Below, piece by piece: positions 31,042 to 41,173 of a stretch of 64,000 bases of DNA; the stretch's first letter is position 1; every line of letters begins with the position of its first letter. The stretch is taken from the NCBI GenBank assembly GCA_040217195.1, contig JAVJNR010000004.1, positions 352,001-416,000 of the forward strand, written 5' to 3'. The position numbers and the translations under genes are program-made. This DNA is from Leptospiraceae bacterium (GTDB taxonomy: Bacteria; Spirochaetota; Leptospiria; Leptospirales; Leptonemataceae). The notes under the pieces are model-generated. The model had not been told where the DNA came from and did no database searches. It saw only the letters and a program-made list of their open reading frames with translations.

Positions 31042-32046
31042 GTGCTATGGAGCCCCTGCGTTTACTCTTTTATGGAACTGGAATGGACAGAAGCTGAGCA
31101 TCGAATTGTTCCGGATGAATCCCGAATCAGACTGGATTTATTCCTGGCTCGCAGATTTCCTGTGGTGAACCGAAGTGGATGGCAAAGCAGAATTCAGTCA
31201 GGCCATGTTCGGGTAAATGGTGAATTGGTGCGGCCAGGTCGAAAGCTACAGACCGGCGATGTGGTTCGTGTAGAATATCAAAAGAAGAAAGAGCCGGAGG
31301 TACTGACCGATGTAGGAATCATCTATAGAGACAGCTGCCTGCTGATTGTTAACAAACCTCCGAACCTTCCAGTGCATCCTTCCGGTAGCTATCATAAAAA
31401 TACTCTGCAACATGTGCTTATTGATTTGCTTTCCACTCCGCAGTTATTGTATAAACCCAGGCCGGTCCACAGGCTGGATCGAGAAACTTCCGGGATTATG
31501 CTTCTGGCTGAAAGCCAGGACTGTGCAAGGATACTATCCAGAATGATTCGCGGAAAGGAAATCCAGAAGGAATACCTTGTGCTGGTGGAAGGAGAGTTTC
31601 CAGGGCCAGAACCTTTGATCGCAGAAGGATGGATAGCACCGGACCCTGAAAGCGAAGTCAAAAAGAAGCAACGATACTGGCCCGGGGATTCCAAGGACCA
31701 TCCAGGGGATGCGAAAACCTGTAGAACCGATTTTCTCTGTCTGGATAGTCGAAACGGTTTAAGCCTTCTTCGCTGCAAATTACATACGGGACGAATGCAT
31801 CAAATACGGGCTACGTTGCATAGCATTGGCTTTCCGGTTGTGGGAGATCGAATGTATGGGGTGGATACAAGACAATACCTTCGCTTCATAAATGACAAAG
31901 AGACTGACGAACAGCGGCACCGATTGAGAATGAATCGAGTAGCCTTGCACAGTCATATCTTAAGGCTTAAACATCCGGATTCGGAGGAAGAACTGGAATT
32001 TGTATGCGACTTACCGGCTGATATGCAGATAGTTTTGAATCAATAG
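31042..32046 (+). CDS. RluA/RluD-family pseudouridine synthase with S4 domain (start may be ATG 31072)
   Basis: RLDLFL, NKPPNLPVHP, HRLDRETSG, TGRMHQIR, VGDRMYG. Confidence 0.93.
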   Translation: MLWSPCVYSFMELEWTEAEHRIVPDESRIRLDLFLARRFPVVNRSGWQSRIQSGHVRVNGELVRPGRKLQTGDVVRVEYQKKKEPEVLTDVGIIYRDSCLLIVNKPPNLPVHPSGSYHKNTLQHVLIDLLSTPQLLYKPRPVHRLDRETSGIMLLAESQDCARILSRMIRGKEIQKEYLVLVEGEFPGPEPLIAEGWIAPDPESEVKKKQRYWPGDSKDHPGDAKTCRTDFLCLDSRNGLSLLRCKLHTGRMHQIRATLHSIGFPVVGDRMYGVDTRQYLRFINDKETDEQRHRLRMNRVALHSHILRLKHPDSEEELEFVCDLPADMQIVLNQ

Positions 32047-33690
32047 GTCCACATCATCCCGCGTGGCAGAATGACAAATCTGATCTGCCAGGTCCTGCAT
32101 TTCTTTCAATGAGTGGGATTCCAGTTCACGAAATACTCTGTAGGATTGCTTGAAAGAGCCGCTCAGTTCTCGGGCTCCCAGCCCGGCCAGGGCGGATGCG
32201 AAACCTTCTCGCATTCCCAGTTGCCCACATACACTTACCGGACGCTCGGTGGATTCAAATACATTCCGGAGTATCCTGAATAGTCCTGGCTCGCGATAAT
32301 ACTCTGCAAGAAAGGCCCGGCTGGTGGCAAAACTGTAACGCACAAGATCGTTTGTGCCAATACTAAAAAAGTCAACATACTTGCTCAAGTCCCCTACGCT
32401 GAAGCAGGCTGCAGGAGTTTCAAGCATGGCCCCAAGCATTGGTCTTTTCTTCTCGAACAGGTTGTGCACCTGAGGGCGCCATACATCCAGAAAGTCCTGT
32501 AAATCGGTAACCGATGAAACCAGAGGAATCAGAATGCCCAGGCGATCCGGCTCCATTCCGGCCTTTTCAGCCCCCAGAAAAATGCACCTCAACTGACTTT
32601 CTATGATTCGACGCTCTGCCATCAAATAGGCTGGCCCTCTAAGGCCCCGACTGCTGGCAGAACGGTGCAACGCCGGATGATCTTTGTCCTCGTCCGGGTC
32701 TATGAGCCGAAGCACGACCTTGCGATCCTGAAAACAACCAAGCACCTTCGCATAGTAATCTATCTGTCCTGCCTCATCCAGGATCAATTCCGGATGACGC
32801 ATGTAGATAAATTCCGTCCTGAACAAACCAACGGATCCGGCCCCCAGAGCGCTGGTACGCTCCGCTCCTTCCAGATCATCAATGTTAACAGATAATTGAA
32901 TGGAATGAAAGGCACCGGATGGTCGAGCTTTTCGAGGAAGATCCTCCAGAGCTCTCTTCTGACTTTTATGGATTTCCTTTTCTTCTGGATGAAGGACAAC
33001 TCTACCTTCATGGGCAAGCAGCAGAGCTCGATCCCCCTCTTCCAGATTGCATGCATCTTCGCATCGCACCAGTGTAGGAATGCCCCGATTGCTTGCCAGA
33101 ATGGAAAGATGACCCATGGGTCCTCCACCTTCCAGAACAATGCCTCCCACGGTGCGAATATGCAGCAATGCTGACGGGTCCAGGTCCTGGGCCACCAGAA
33201 TATCGTCTGTTTTTAACCCTTCCAGAAACTTCTGAAATGGAAACCGTTCCCCATCATGGTTTCGGAGCTTCTTTAAAAGACGATGCACCACATCTTCCAG
33301 ATCCGAAACCCTTTCCTTGAATACACCTTCCGGCAAAGCCTCGAAGCCTCGCTTTAAATCCAGGTAGGTGTCTTCCAGGGCCCCTTCTGCATTCATTCCA
33401 AGACTAATAGTTTTTTCGATTGGATCCACAAACATGGGATCCTCGTACATTAAATCCTGGGCTTCAAAGATGGCTTTTAGTTCAGGAGCGAGATCCTGGG
33501 AAATCTCTGCCGTTTCCTTTCTGGCCTGGATCAGGGCTTTCTGGAATCGATCCAGCTCCGCAGGCACCTGTTCTTTACCCACTTCTCTGGCATGGAATTG
33601 TACTGGATGGGATGGGAATTTTCGGATGTTGCCCAGAACTGAGCCTTCCACCGAGCAAAGACCGTAGTATTCCTTTCTAGGGGATTCCAC
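32011..33690 (-). CDS. ptsI: PEP-protein phosphotransferase (PTS enzyme I-like), divergent
   Basis: GGPMGHL phospho-His motif, GLFRTEF, MLETP, FSIGTNDL, VCGQ. Confidence 0.8.
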   Translation of the reverse strand: MESPRKEYYGLCSVEGSVLGNIRKFPSHPVQFHAREVGKEQVPAELDRFQKALIQARKETAEISQDLAPELKAIFEAQDLMYEDPMFVDPIEKTISLGMNAEGALEDTYLDLKRGFEALPEGVFKERVSDLEDVVHRLLKKLRNHDGERFPFQKFLEGLKTDDILVAQDLDPSALLHIRTVGGIVLEGGGPMGHLSILASNRGIPTLVRCEDACNLEEGDRALLLAHEGRVVLHPEEKEIHKSQKRALEDLPRKARPSGAFHSIQLSVNIDDLEGAERTSALGAGSVGLFRTEFIYMRHPELILDEAGQIDYYAKVLGCFQDRKVVLRLIDPDEDKDHPALHRSASSRGLRGPAYLMAERRIIESQLRCIFLGAEKAGMEPDRLGILIPLVSSVTDLQDFLDVWRPQVHNLFEKKRPMLGAMLETPAACFSVGDLSKYVDFFSIGTNDLVRYSFATSRAFLAEYYREPGLFRILRNVFESTERPVSVCGQLGMREGFASALAGLGARELSGSFKQSYRVFRELESHSLKEMQDLADQICHSATRDDVDLLIQNYLHISR

Positions 33691-33692
33691 GG

Positions 33693-34610
33693 TTACCTCT
33701 TTCTATGACGGACTATAGACAGGTAGGTTGTATCATCGGCCAGGCCTCGAAGCAATGAGAATCTTCGCATGTCTGATTTTAGCCCGGAAAGAAGACGACT
33801 GAGCTTCTTATCCTTGAGACGAAGGAATGCATTTTTTAATCGATGAACACCGTACATGTCTCCACGGAGACCTCTGGATTCAAAGGCTCCATCGGTATAC
33901 GCAAGCAGCATATCGCCTTTGTCCAGGTTCAGAGAATTTCCCTTGAATTGGAAGTCCTCATAGATACCCACCGGAATATTTCTTTGATCCAGCTCTTCGA
34001 TGATTCCCTCTTTATGCCTGTAAACCAGGATTGGTGGGCTGCCGGCTGCACAGTATTCAACCGTGCCAGAATATAGATCAAGCAACATGACCACAAACGT
34101 TGCAAACTGGTCCTCGCCAAAAAAACTCCGGCTGGCCAGATTGATCTTTTTCATGATTGCGTTGGGAACAATATTCTGCATTCGAATACCCTCCCGAAGT
34201 AAATTTCCCAGCAGAATGGCCAGAATACCGGCCTCCAATCCTTTGCCACTTACATCGCTCAATGTAAGCGCAATTCGACCGTCTGACATGGGAAAAATTC
34301 CATAGAAGTCACCGCTTGTGCGAAACTTGGGTACCGTCAGGCCTGCAATTGTATAGGAACGGGTGGAATATGGCCTGGTTGGGTTCATCCCCAGATCTTT
34401 GCAGATGAACTTGTAGAGATGTTTTTCCTGCAGTATGCGCTTTCGAACCAGGATGTGCCCGGGAGGCTTACCGGTTTCGTTGTACAGATCCACCACTTCC
34501 TGCTTCTTTTCCGGTGTGATCAAACCATGATCCGTCAGCACTTCAAGGATGGCGATCTCATCCAGGCTTCGGATGGCGGTGGCCCTGTTGCTACCGATGC
34601 TGGATTTCAT
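33693..34610 (-). CDS. SpoIIE/RsbU-type PP2C phosphatase with an N-terminal MshEN-like domain
   Basis: SGDFY, SDVSGKG, YTDGAFE, DDTT; N-terminal LTDHGLIT...GHILV helical repeat. Confidence 0.85.
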   Translation of the reverse strand: MKSSIGSNRATAIRSLDEIAILEVLTDHGLITPEKKQEVVDLYNETGKPPGHILVRKRILQEKHLYKFICKDLGMNPTRPYSTRSYTIAGLTVPKFRTSGDFYGIFPMSDGRIALTLSDVSGKGLEAGILAILLGNLLREGIRMQNIVPNAIMKKINLASRSFFGEDQFATFVVMLLDLYSGTVEYCAAGSPPILVYRHKEGIIEELDQRNIPVGIYEDFQFKGNSLNLDKGDMLLAYTDGAFESRGLRGDMYGVHRLKNAFLRLKDKKLSRLLSGLKSDMRRFSLLRGLADDTTYLSIVRHRKR

Positions 34611-34781
34611 AGTTGCTTTCCGATTCTATTTCTCTCACAGGGTCACGCTACTAATCCGATGGCCTGGCCATTCAGATCCAATGTTCCCCAATTATAAAGA
34701 CTCGAAAAATCCAGAAATCTAGCAAAATGGGGACTAAAATTTTGTGTACAAATCACGGGCCTAAAGGTCAGACTCGCAATA

Positions 34782-36140
34782 ATGTCAGAAGATTCAAGAA
34801 AAGATCATCTGCTCGTATTGAACAAGTACAATACGATCTTGAATCAAATGGATCCCATGCGCCCCCTGGGCAAGGTGATCCAGGTGAGTGGTCAGACTAT
34901 ACTTTCATCCGGGCCTCCGGATACCTCCATTGGACAGATCTGTAAGGTGGAATCCTCTGACGGTACGTCAATTCTCACAGAGGTAACCGGGTTCAAAGGA
35001 CATGACCTGGTGCTGGTGGCCCTGGGGCCTACCACTGGAATTTTTCCGGATTCCATGGTACATGCCACCGGTCAGCGAATGACCATACATGTGGGTAATG
35101 AAATGCTGGGTCGGGTCCTGGATGGCCTGGGTCGCCCTCTGGACGATGGTCCACCGATTCTTACAGGTAATGTTTTCCATGCAGAACGAAATGCTCCAGG
35201 TCCCACGCAGAGAGTGCCCATCCATGAACCATTGCCCACCGGTGTACGGGCTATTGACTCGGTGCTCACTGTAGGACGAGGTCAGAGGATTGGTATATTC
35301 GCCGGTACCGGCGTGGGTAAATCCACGCTACTTGGAATGCTGGCCAGATACACCAGGGCCGATGTCAACATTGTCTGTCTGGTGGGAGAACGTGGACGGG
35401 AAGTAAGGGAATTCATTGAACGAGATCTGGGCAAGGAAGGATTGGCGCGAAGCGTAGTATTCGTAGCCACCAGCGATCGCAGTTCCATGGAAAAGGTGTA
35501 TGCGGCCAGTTTCGCCACAGCCACCGCTGAATTCTTTCGAGACCAGGGGCTAACTGTTAATCTACTCATGGATTCCGTCACACGATATTGTATGGCCCTT
35601 AGAGAAATTGGAATTACCACTGGCGAACAGCTCGGCCCTGGAGGGTATCCCCCTGGTGTATGGTACAAACTCAGCCGATTGGTGGAGCGATCCGGTGCCA
35701 TCACTGGAGGAAATATTACCGGCTTTTATACGGTCCTTGTGGAAGCGGACGATATGAATGACCCGGTGGCAGACAGTACACGGGGTATGCTGGATGGTCA
35801 CATTGTTCTTTCCCGCCGATTGGCCAGTCGCAACCATTATCCATCCATTGAAGTAACGGAATCCGTCTCAAGGGTGATGGATAACGTTGTAGAACCAGAA
35901 CATAAAGAAAATGCCCGTCGGTTGCGAGCCTTGCTGGCCGCCTACCGAGAAAATGAAGATATTATTAATCTGGGAGCCTATGCCAGAGGCTCCAACTCCG
36001 ATGTGGATCGATCCATCGACCTTATGCCTGCCATCAATGCATTTCTTCGCCAGAGAGTTGAAGAAGGAATTCCCTTTGAAGAAACCATAGCAGGTCTGCA
36101 GCGTCTGGTGCATGCTGGAGAAGAGGAGGAGCTGTATTAA
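34782..36140 (+). CDS. fliI: Flagellar export ATPase
   Basis: GIFAGTGVGKST, VGERGREV, MDSVTR, DGHIVLSR. Confidence 0.95.
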   Translation: MSEDSRKDHLLVLNKYNTILNQMDPMRPLGKVIQVSGQTILSSGPPDTSIGQICKVESSDGTSILTEVTGFKGHDLVLVALGPTTGIFPDSMVHATGQRMTIHVGNEMLGRVLDGLGRPLDDGPPILTGNVFHAERNAPGPTQRVPIHEPLPTGVRAIDSVLTVGRGQRIGIFAGTGVGKSTLLGMLARYTRADVNIVCLVGERGREVREFIERDLGKEGLARSVVFVATSDRSSMEKVYAASFATATAEFFRDQGLTVNLLMDSVTRYCMALREIGITTGEQLGPGGYPPGVWYKLSRLVERSGAITGGNITGFYTVLVEADDMNDPVADSTRGMLDGHIVLSRRLASRNHYPSIEVTESVSRVMDNVVEPEHKENARRLRALLAAYRENEDIINLGAYARGSNSDVDRSIDLMPAINAFLRQRVEEGIPFEETIAGLQRLVHAGEEEELY

Positions 36141-36747
36141 ACGCTTCCGTTTTTCGCTGGAATCTCTTCTGCGCATTCGCGGACATGAAGAGAAAATGGC
36201 CATGGCCGAGCTGGCCAGGGTTCTGGAAAAAGTAAACCTCAGCGAAGAGAAAAGAAAGAAAGCAGTGGAAAACTATCGATCCGAAGTAGAACAATTCAGT
36301 CGCGAACAGAAAGAAAGCTTCAGGCTGGAACTATTTCAAATGTACGACCGCTACCTGGAGAGGCTGGAAGCTGAGCAGGATCAGGCAAAAGAAGAACTGG
36401 AAGCCATGCGACCAGCCCTGGAAGCGGAACAGGAAAAGGTCCGGGAAGCCCGTAGAAAAAAAAGGGCCCTGGAATTATTAAAGGAACGTCGAAAAGAACT
36501 ATATGACCTGGAAGTAAGGCGTCAGGAAAAGAAAGAACTGGAAGAAATCAACGCAAAGGCTTTCCAGGCATCTCTGTTCGGCGAAGCAAGCTCCAGCAAG
36601 AGAACCTTTGAAGACCAGGATCAAACAGAAGATACAAATCAAGATCTGCGAGCCAGAAGGGAAGAAGAGCTTAAAGATTTCTACAGACAAATGGGCATGC
36701 CAGTGGACGATCAGGATCCTACGGCCGGGGATGAAGATAGGGGATAA
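36112..36747 (+). CDS. fliJ: Flagellar export protein FliJ
   Basis: KRFRFSLESLLRIR, coiled coil, directly after fliI. Confidence 0.85.
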   Translation: MLEKRRSCIKRFRFSLESLLRIRGHEEKMAMAELARVLEKVNLSEEKRKKAVENYRSEVEQFSREQKESFRLELFQMYDRYLERLEAEQDQAKEELEAMRPALEAEQEKVREARRKKRALELLKERRKELYDLEVRRQEKKELEEINAKAFQASLFGEASSSKRTFEDQDQTEDTNQDLRARREEELKDFYRQMGMPVDDQDPTAGDEDRG

Positions 36748-36749
36748 AT

Positions 36750-37400
36750 ATGAGTCGTTTTTCAGCTAAAGTGCGCATCGTCTACCTGACCCTGGTCATT
36801 TTATTCACCGGAGGAGTCTTTCTTTATCTGCTAGATACCTGGGGAGTCATTCGCCTGGAGGAGAAGTTACCTTTCCTGGCATCCGACCCGCCCCGGGCTC
36901 CTCTTTCCGAAGACAGTCAAACTCTACTGGATAAAGAAGCTCTGGAAAAACAGGAAGAGAAGTTAAAAGAAAAAGAGCTGGAATTGCAAGAAATGCAGGA
37001 GACTCTTCAGCAAAGACAGGAAGCGCTCAAGCAGGAACAACAGAAGCTGGAAGAAGCAAGAGAAGGATTGAAAGAAGCCAGAAGCCAGCTGGAACGTGAA
37101 TCGGAAGCCCGCCAGACCAGAGATGAAAAGATACAACAAATGGCCGAGCGACTGGGAGCCATGCCTCCGGATGATGCCGTAGCCATTGTCCGCGGCTGGA
37201 GCAATGTAGATGTGGTGGATGTATTCGTTCAAATGGAGCGAAATGCAGAAGAAGCCGGAGAACAATCCATTGTTCCATTTTTGATCACCAAGCTTCCCAG
37301 AGAAAGAGCCTCATTGATTACGACTCTGATGATGGATGCTGTGGCGGAACGATTGCCCAATTCGCAGCCCGAAGAACCTGAACCTCAGCAAGAGCAATAG
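36750..37400 (+). CDS. flbB: Periplasmic flagellar collar protein FlbB
   Basis: N-terminal TM, coiled coil, MPPDDAVAI motif; spirochete fliI-fliJ-flbB order. Confidence 0.8.
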   Translation: MSRFSAKVRIVYLTLVILFTGGVFLYLLDTWGVIRLEEKLPFLASDPPRAPLSEDSQTLLDKEALEKQEEKLKEKELELQEMQETLQQRQEALKQEQQKLEEAREGLKEARSQLERESEARQTRDEKIQQMAERLGAMPPDDAVAIVRGWSNVDVVDVFVQMERNAEEAGEQSIVPFLITKLPRERASLITTLMMDAVAERLPNSQPEEPEPQQEQ

Positions 37401-37495
37401 TTACAAAGAGTGGAACGCAGGCGCCAACATCGACCGAGAGATACTACCTGCGCCGCCGCCCAGGCAACCGGGGCCTCCGAAGTAGCACCATCCAC

Positions 37496-37525
37496 TTGAC
37501 GGCCACCGGGCCTGGTCTTTAAACT
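37496..37525 (+). promoter_or_regulatory. Putative sigma70 promoter, leaderless
   Basis: TTGACG-N18-TAAACT-N5-ATG(37531). Confidence 0.55.
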
Positions 37526-37530
37526 CCATT

Positions 37531-38034
37531 ATGCCTCGCGGTTCATTCTTTGCCTTGATTCCTATTTTCCTTCTTTGCGTTGCCTGTTCCGAAAGGCCGA
37601 TGACTGGAGCAGATCTAAATGCTCTTTTTCTGGATTATGATCGGGGAGTACTTTCCGGAATCGAACCTGGAGACAGCTGGCCGGAGGCTCGAAAAAAACT
37701 CCACTCCTCCTGGAAGCTGGAGTCGCAGCAGCTCAGTTCGGTGCGATACGGAGATAATCTGTACGACATAGATGAAAATCGATGCTTTCTTGAAGTTCAG
37801 CTCGAGAATGATCGAGTGGTTGCTCTGGAAGCGGGCATTTTTGGCCAGGACAGAGATCTGACAGTACTAACTGAATTCTATGCGGATCTAGAAAGGCACA
37901 TTGCCAGTCTTTCCCCCGAGGGGGAGGAAGGTTGGTACTCCCTGAAAAGAAACGGTAAAACCTATCAGATTCACAGCAATTTCTCTCGATCTGGATCGGA
38001 ACCTTATATAAGTATCCGTATCTTCCCCAGGTAA
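37531..38034 (+). CDS. Hypothetical lipoprotein
   Basis: Signal ending CVAC. Confidence 0.65.
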   Translation: MPRGSFFALIPIFLLCVACSERPMTGADLNALFLDYDRGVLSGIEPGDSWPEARKKLHSSWKLESQQLSSVRYGDNLYDIDENRCFLEVQLENDRVVALEAGIFGQDRDLTVLTEFYADLERHIASLSPEGEEGWYSLKRNGKTYQIHSNFSRSGSEPYISIRIFPR

Positions 38035-38080
38035 ACCCGGAAGGGCTTGCCAAAGGGAAAGCCTGAACGAACTTGAATCT

Positions 38081-39238
38081 GTGTCTTCAACCACCGGTAC
38101 ATTGTTCAAAATAACAACCTTCGGCGAATCCCATGGCCCCGGCGTAGGAGCTGTGGTGGATGGATGCCCCGCTGGATTGAAAATCGATACGGCCCGAATA
38201 CAGCGGCAACTTACTCGCCGTAGACCAGGACAAGGAAAGCTTTCTACCCCAAGACAGGAAGCAGATGAATTTGAAATTCTCTCCGGTGTGTATGAAGGGA
38301 TTTCCCTCGGCACTCCAATCGCATTTTTTGTTCGAAATACAAATGCTAAAGGCAACGATTATATGCGCTGGGCAGATATTTATCGACCCAGCCATGCAGA
38401 CTACACCTATCATATAAAATACGGATACCGAACTCCTCTGGGCGGAGGCCGGGCCTCTGTAAGAGAAACGATCGGAAGAGTGGCTGCTGGCGAGCTGGCA
38501 GCACAGATTCTTGAGCAAGAGCTGGGAATTCGAACCGTTGCCTGGGTAAACTCCATAGGCCAGGTGGACTCGCCCGTTATGGATAATCCTCCCGGTTCCG
38601 TGGATGAAGTGGATCAAGTGGAGGTACGTTGCCCTCATCTTCCATCTGCAGAAGCGATGGTAAAGGAAATCGAAGCTGCCAAACTGGATGGAAATTCGGT
38701 GGGAGGCACCATCGGAGCCATAGTCTATAACGTACCTCCTGGTCTCGGTGATCCGGTGTTCGATAAACTGGAAGCGGATCTGGCCCGGGCCTGTATGAGC
38801 ATTCCAGCCTGTAAGGGCTTTGAATCCGGCAGTGGCTTTTCAGGCACCAGATTAAGAGGCAGCGAGCATAACGATATTTTTGAACCACAGGACCCGCCTC
38901 CCAGTCCAGGTGTTGTGCCTGGAATTGAAGGAGTTCCTACCGTCAGGACCAGCTCAAATCGGTCCGGTGGAATTCAGGGAGGGATCTCCAACGGAATGCC
39001 CATAACAATGCGTCTGGCATTCAAGCCCACAGCCACCATCAAGAAAAGACAGGACTCAGTAAATGAAGATGGAGAAATCGCTTCCCTGCGCGCGGGAGGC
39101 CGTCATGATCCATGCGTTCTGCCCCGTGCTGTTCCCATTGTAGAGTCGGTGATCAACCTTACCTTGATGGATGCCTACCTTCGGCAGAGAGCGGCAAGAC
39201 CGGAATGGTGGGAACGGTTTAAGAAGTCTAACGATTAG
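38081..39238 (+). CDS. aroC: Chorismate synthase
   Basis: [40 protein letters not shown]. Confidence 0.97.
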   Translation: MSSTTGTLFKITTFGESHGPGVGAVVDGCPAGLKIDTARIQRQLTRRRPGQGKLSTPRQEADEFEILSGVYEGISLGTPIAFFVRNTNAKGNDYMRWADIYRPSHADYTYHIKYGYRTPLGGGRASVRETIGRVAAGELAAQILEQELGIRTVAWVNSIGQVDSPVMDNPPGSVDEVDQVEVRCPHLPSAEAMVKEIEAAKLDGNSVGGTIGAIVYNVPPGLGDPVFDKLEADLARACMSIPACKGFESGSGFSGTRLRGSEHNDIFEPQDPPPSPGVVPGIEGVPTVRTSSNRSGGIQGGISNGMPITMRLAFKPTATIKKRQDSVNEDGEIASLRAGGRHDPCVLPRAVPIVESVINLTLMDAYLRQRAARPEWWERFKKSND

Positions 39239-39334
39239 ATCCGGACTGCAATGGTTGCTGTGCTACTGCCCCGGTTCCAGAACATAGCTCTGTAACATTG
39301 AATCGAAGTCTGGACCGAATTCCATTGAAAAGGA

Positions 39335-39362
39335 TTGACCGGTAGATTAAAACGTTCACAAT
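39335..39362 (+). promoter_or_regulatory. Putative sigma70 promoter, leaderless
   Basis: TTGACC-N16-CACAAT-N6-GTG(39369). Confidence 0.55.
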
Positions 39363-39368
39363 TCCGTT

Positions 39369-40619
39369 GTGATTCGGAAACCAGTATTTATCTACCTTAC
39401 TGTCATTCTAACCTCCGTTCTAATATTCCAATGCAAACAGGAAGAAGAACCCGTACAGCCTGAAGTAATCCTTCCGGAATTTCAGAAATCCCTGGAAGAG
39501 AGCTATTATTTTTATCCAGATGTAGATTTTAAATACAGTCTGAATGAAGTCTATGCTCGCTCATTGAAGCAGGTCACCGGATATGATAAAAGCATGGTGG
39601 ACATGGAAACAGCCATCAAGCAATTGCAGGCCGCCGGTTCCGATGCCCGGTCCGTATCGGATAAAACCATGGAGTTTCTGAACGGAGTAACAATGCGCCT
39701 GCCGGATCAATCCAGTTATTTTATTGATCCCAGCTCATTAAGTCTTCTTGAGGACTCTTCGCGCAAAGCAGGTACTGGAATTGTAATTCGTCTGGATGAC
39801 AATGGAGCCATAAGGATCGTAGATGTACTGGATGGTTCACCGGCTCAGAGAAAGGGACTGCCTGCTGGAAGCATTATTCAATCCGTGGATGGCGAACCGG
39901 TAGACGGACTGAGCGTGGAAGGTGTGGCCGCAAGAATTCGAGGCCCTCTAGATTCGGAAGTGGAACTGGTGCTGGATGGTAAAAGCTATGTACTTGTGCG
40001 ATCTCAATTTCCCAGTCCCACTCCAACGCGCAATACCTGGGAAGTGGGCGATAAGAAAGTTCTGGTAATCCAGCTTCGGTCTGCACTGAGCGGGGCTGCA
40101 GATGAACTAAAACGAATGCTCAGCGGAAGCGAAGAGGCTCAAGCCCTGGTGCTGGATTTAAGAAAGCTAAATTTTGGTGAATTCGATGAAGTATTTCGCA
40201 TGGCCGATCTATTCATAGCCCAGGGAAATCTGGGATCCATCGAAGAGCGCAACAACGAAAAGAAAACCTATCAGGCTTCTTCTGAGAGAGTATATGCGGG
40301 TCCGATCTATGTTCTTGTAGGAAATTCCGCTTCTCCGTTTTCCGAGGTACTGGCTGCCAGTCTTTCTGGCTCTCCCAACGTTACCCTGGTCGGTCCACGA
40401 TTAAAGGGAAATGCTTTTACTGCAAGTTCCGTTCGTCTGGGTTCCGGATTGCTAAGACTTACCACAGGCGTAATTCGCGGTCCGGATGGCACCGCCCTTC
40501 ATTTAACTGGAATCCCAACGGACATTGTGACCCCGGATTATTTGCCTCTTTCCGCTCCCATGTCATCTCCGGCCATCGAGGATCCGGCTCACCAGGCAGT
40601 GACAGAAGCACTGAAGTAG
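39369..40619 (+). CDS. PDZ + S41 (CtpA-like) lipoprotein with degenerate catalytic motifs
   Basis: IFQC lipobox, GTGI..GSPAQRKGL PDZ, LVLDLR, SASPFSE. Confidence 0.8.
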   Translation: MIRKPVFIYLTVILTSVLIFQCKQEEEPVQPEVILPEFQKSLEESYYFYPDVDFKYSLNEVYARSLKQVTGYDKSMVDMETAIKQLQAAGSDARSVSDKTMEFLNGVTMRLPDQSSYFIDPSSLSLLEDSSRKAGTGIVIRLDDNGAIRIVDVLDGSPAQRKGLPAGSIIQSVDGEPVDGLSVEGVAARIRGPLDSEVELVLDGKSYVLVRSQFPSPTPTRNTWEVGDKKVLVIQLRSALSGAADELKRMLSGSEEAQALVLDLRKLNFGEFDEVFRMADLFIAQGNLGSIEERNNEKKTYQASSERVYAGPIYVLVGNSASPFSEVLAASLSGSPNVTLVGPRLKGNAFTASSVRLGSGLLRLTTGVIRGPDGTALHLTGIPTDIVTPDYLPLSAPMSSPAIEDPAHQAVTEALK

Positions 40620-40681
40620 AAGCCTGCTTTGTTTTATCTGAAAACCCGGGGCAAGTTCTCCGGGCCGCCCCTGAGACAGGA

Positions 40682-41134
40682 TTAATCCTGTTTTTTTCGA
40701 TTGTAGCCCGGTGGTAGAGGTGCATCGAGAAAACTTCGCTCCGGATGATATCCATCCAGGTAAATGCGAATTGCATCCGGAGGGTCTTCCAGGATTTCTT
40801 CCAGCTCGGAGGCAGGTTCAGGAGGAGAAATCAAATAAACATCCAGCCAGTGGTTATCGTAGCCGGGAACTGTCTTTTCGAATTCAAAATCCACGGACCT
40901 GGAATTAGTCTGCAGGGATTGTAGATAGTCCAGTTGGGCCTGGAATCCATTCAACCTGATAGGTTGCTCCACACTTCCAGCACTATAAGCCGGAAGGTTC
41001 TGTACAGACTGGCAGGAAGGAATGATTAGCAATCCAAAAGCAGACAGAATCAGGGGCTTCCACAAAGAAGGCCAGGCCAGGCTTTTCCGATACCGGCCCC
41101 TGGAGGCAAATAAGATGTATCTGCTTTGATCCAT
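40682..41134 (-). CDS. Hypothetical lipoprotein
   Basis: Signal ending IPSC; LDVY...IYLDGY...PPGY. Confidence 0.6.
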   Translation of the reverse strand: MDQSRYILFASRGRYRKSLAWPSLWKPLILSAFGLLIIPSCQSVQNLPAYSAGSVEQPIRLNGFQAQLDYLQSLQTNSRSVDFEFEKTVPGYDNHWLDVYLISPPEPASELEEILEDPPDAIRIYLDGYHPERSFLDAPLPPGYNRKKQD

Positions 41135-41173
41135 GGTTTTTCATCGGCTTCCGGATAAGACCGGGAAACCAGA

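Noticed and set aside
36960..37130. GAA/CAG-rich quasi-repeats in flbB (and fliJ)
   Set aside because: Explained by Glu/Gln/Lys coiled-coil coding; not a CRISPR array or tandem repeat
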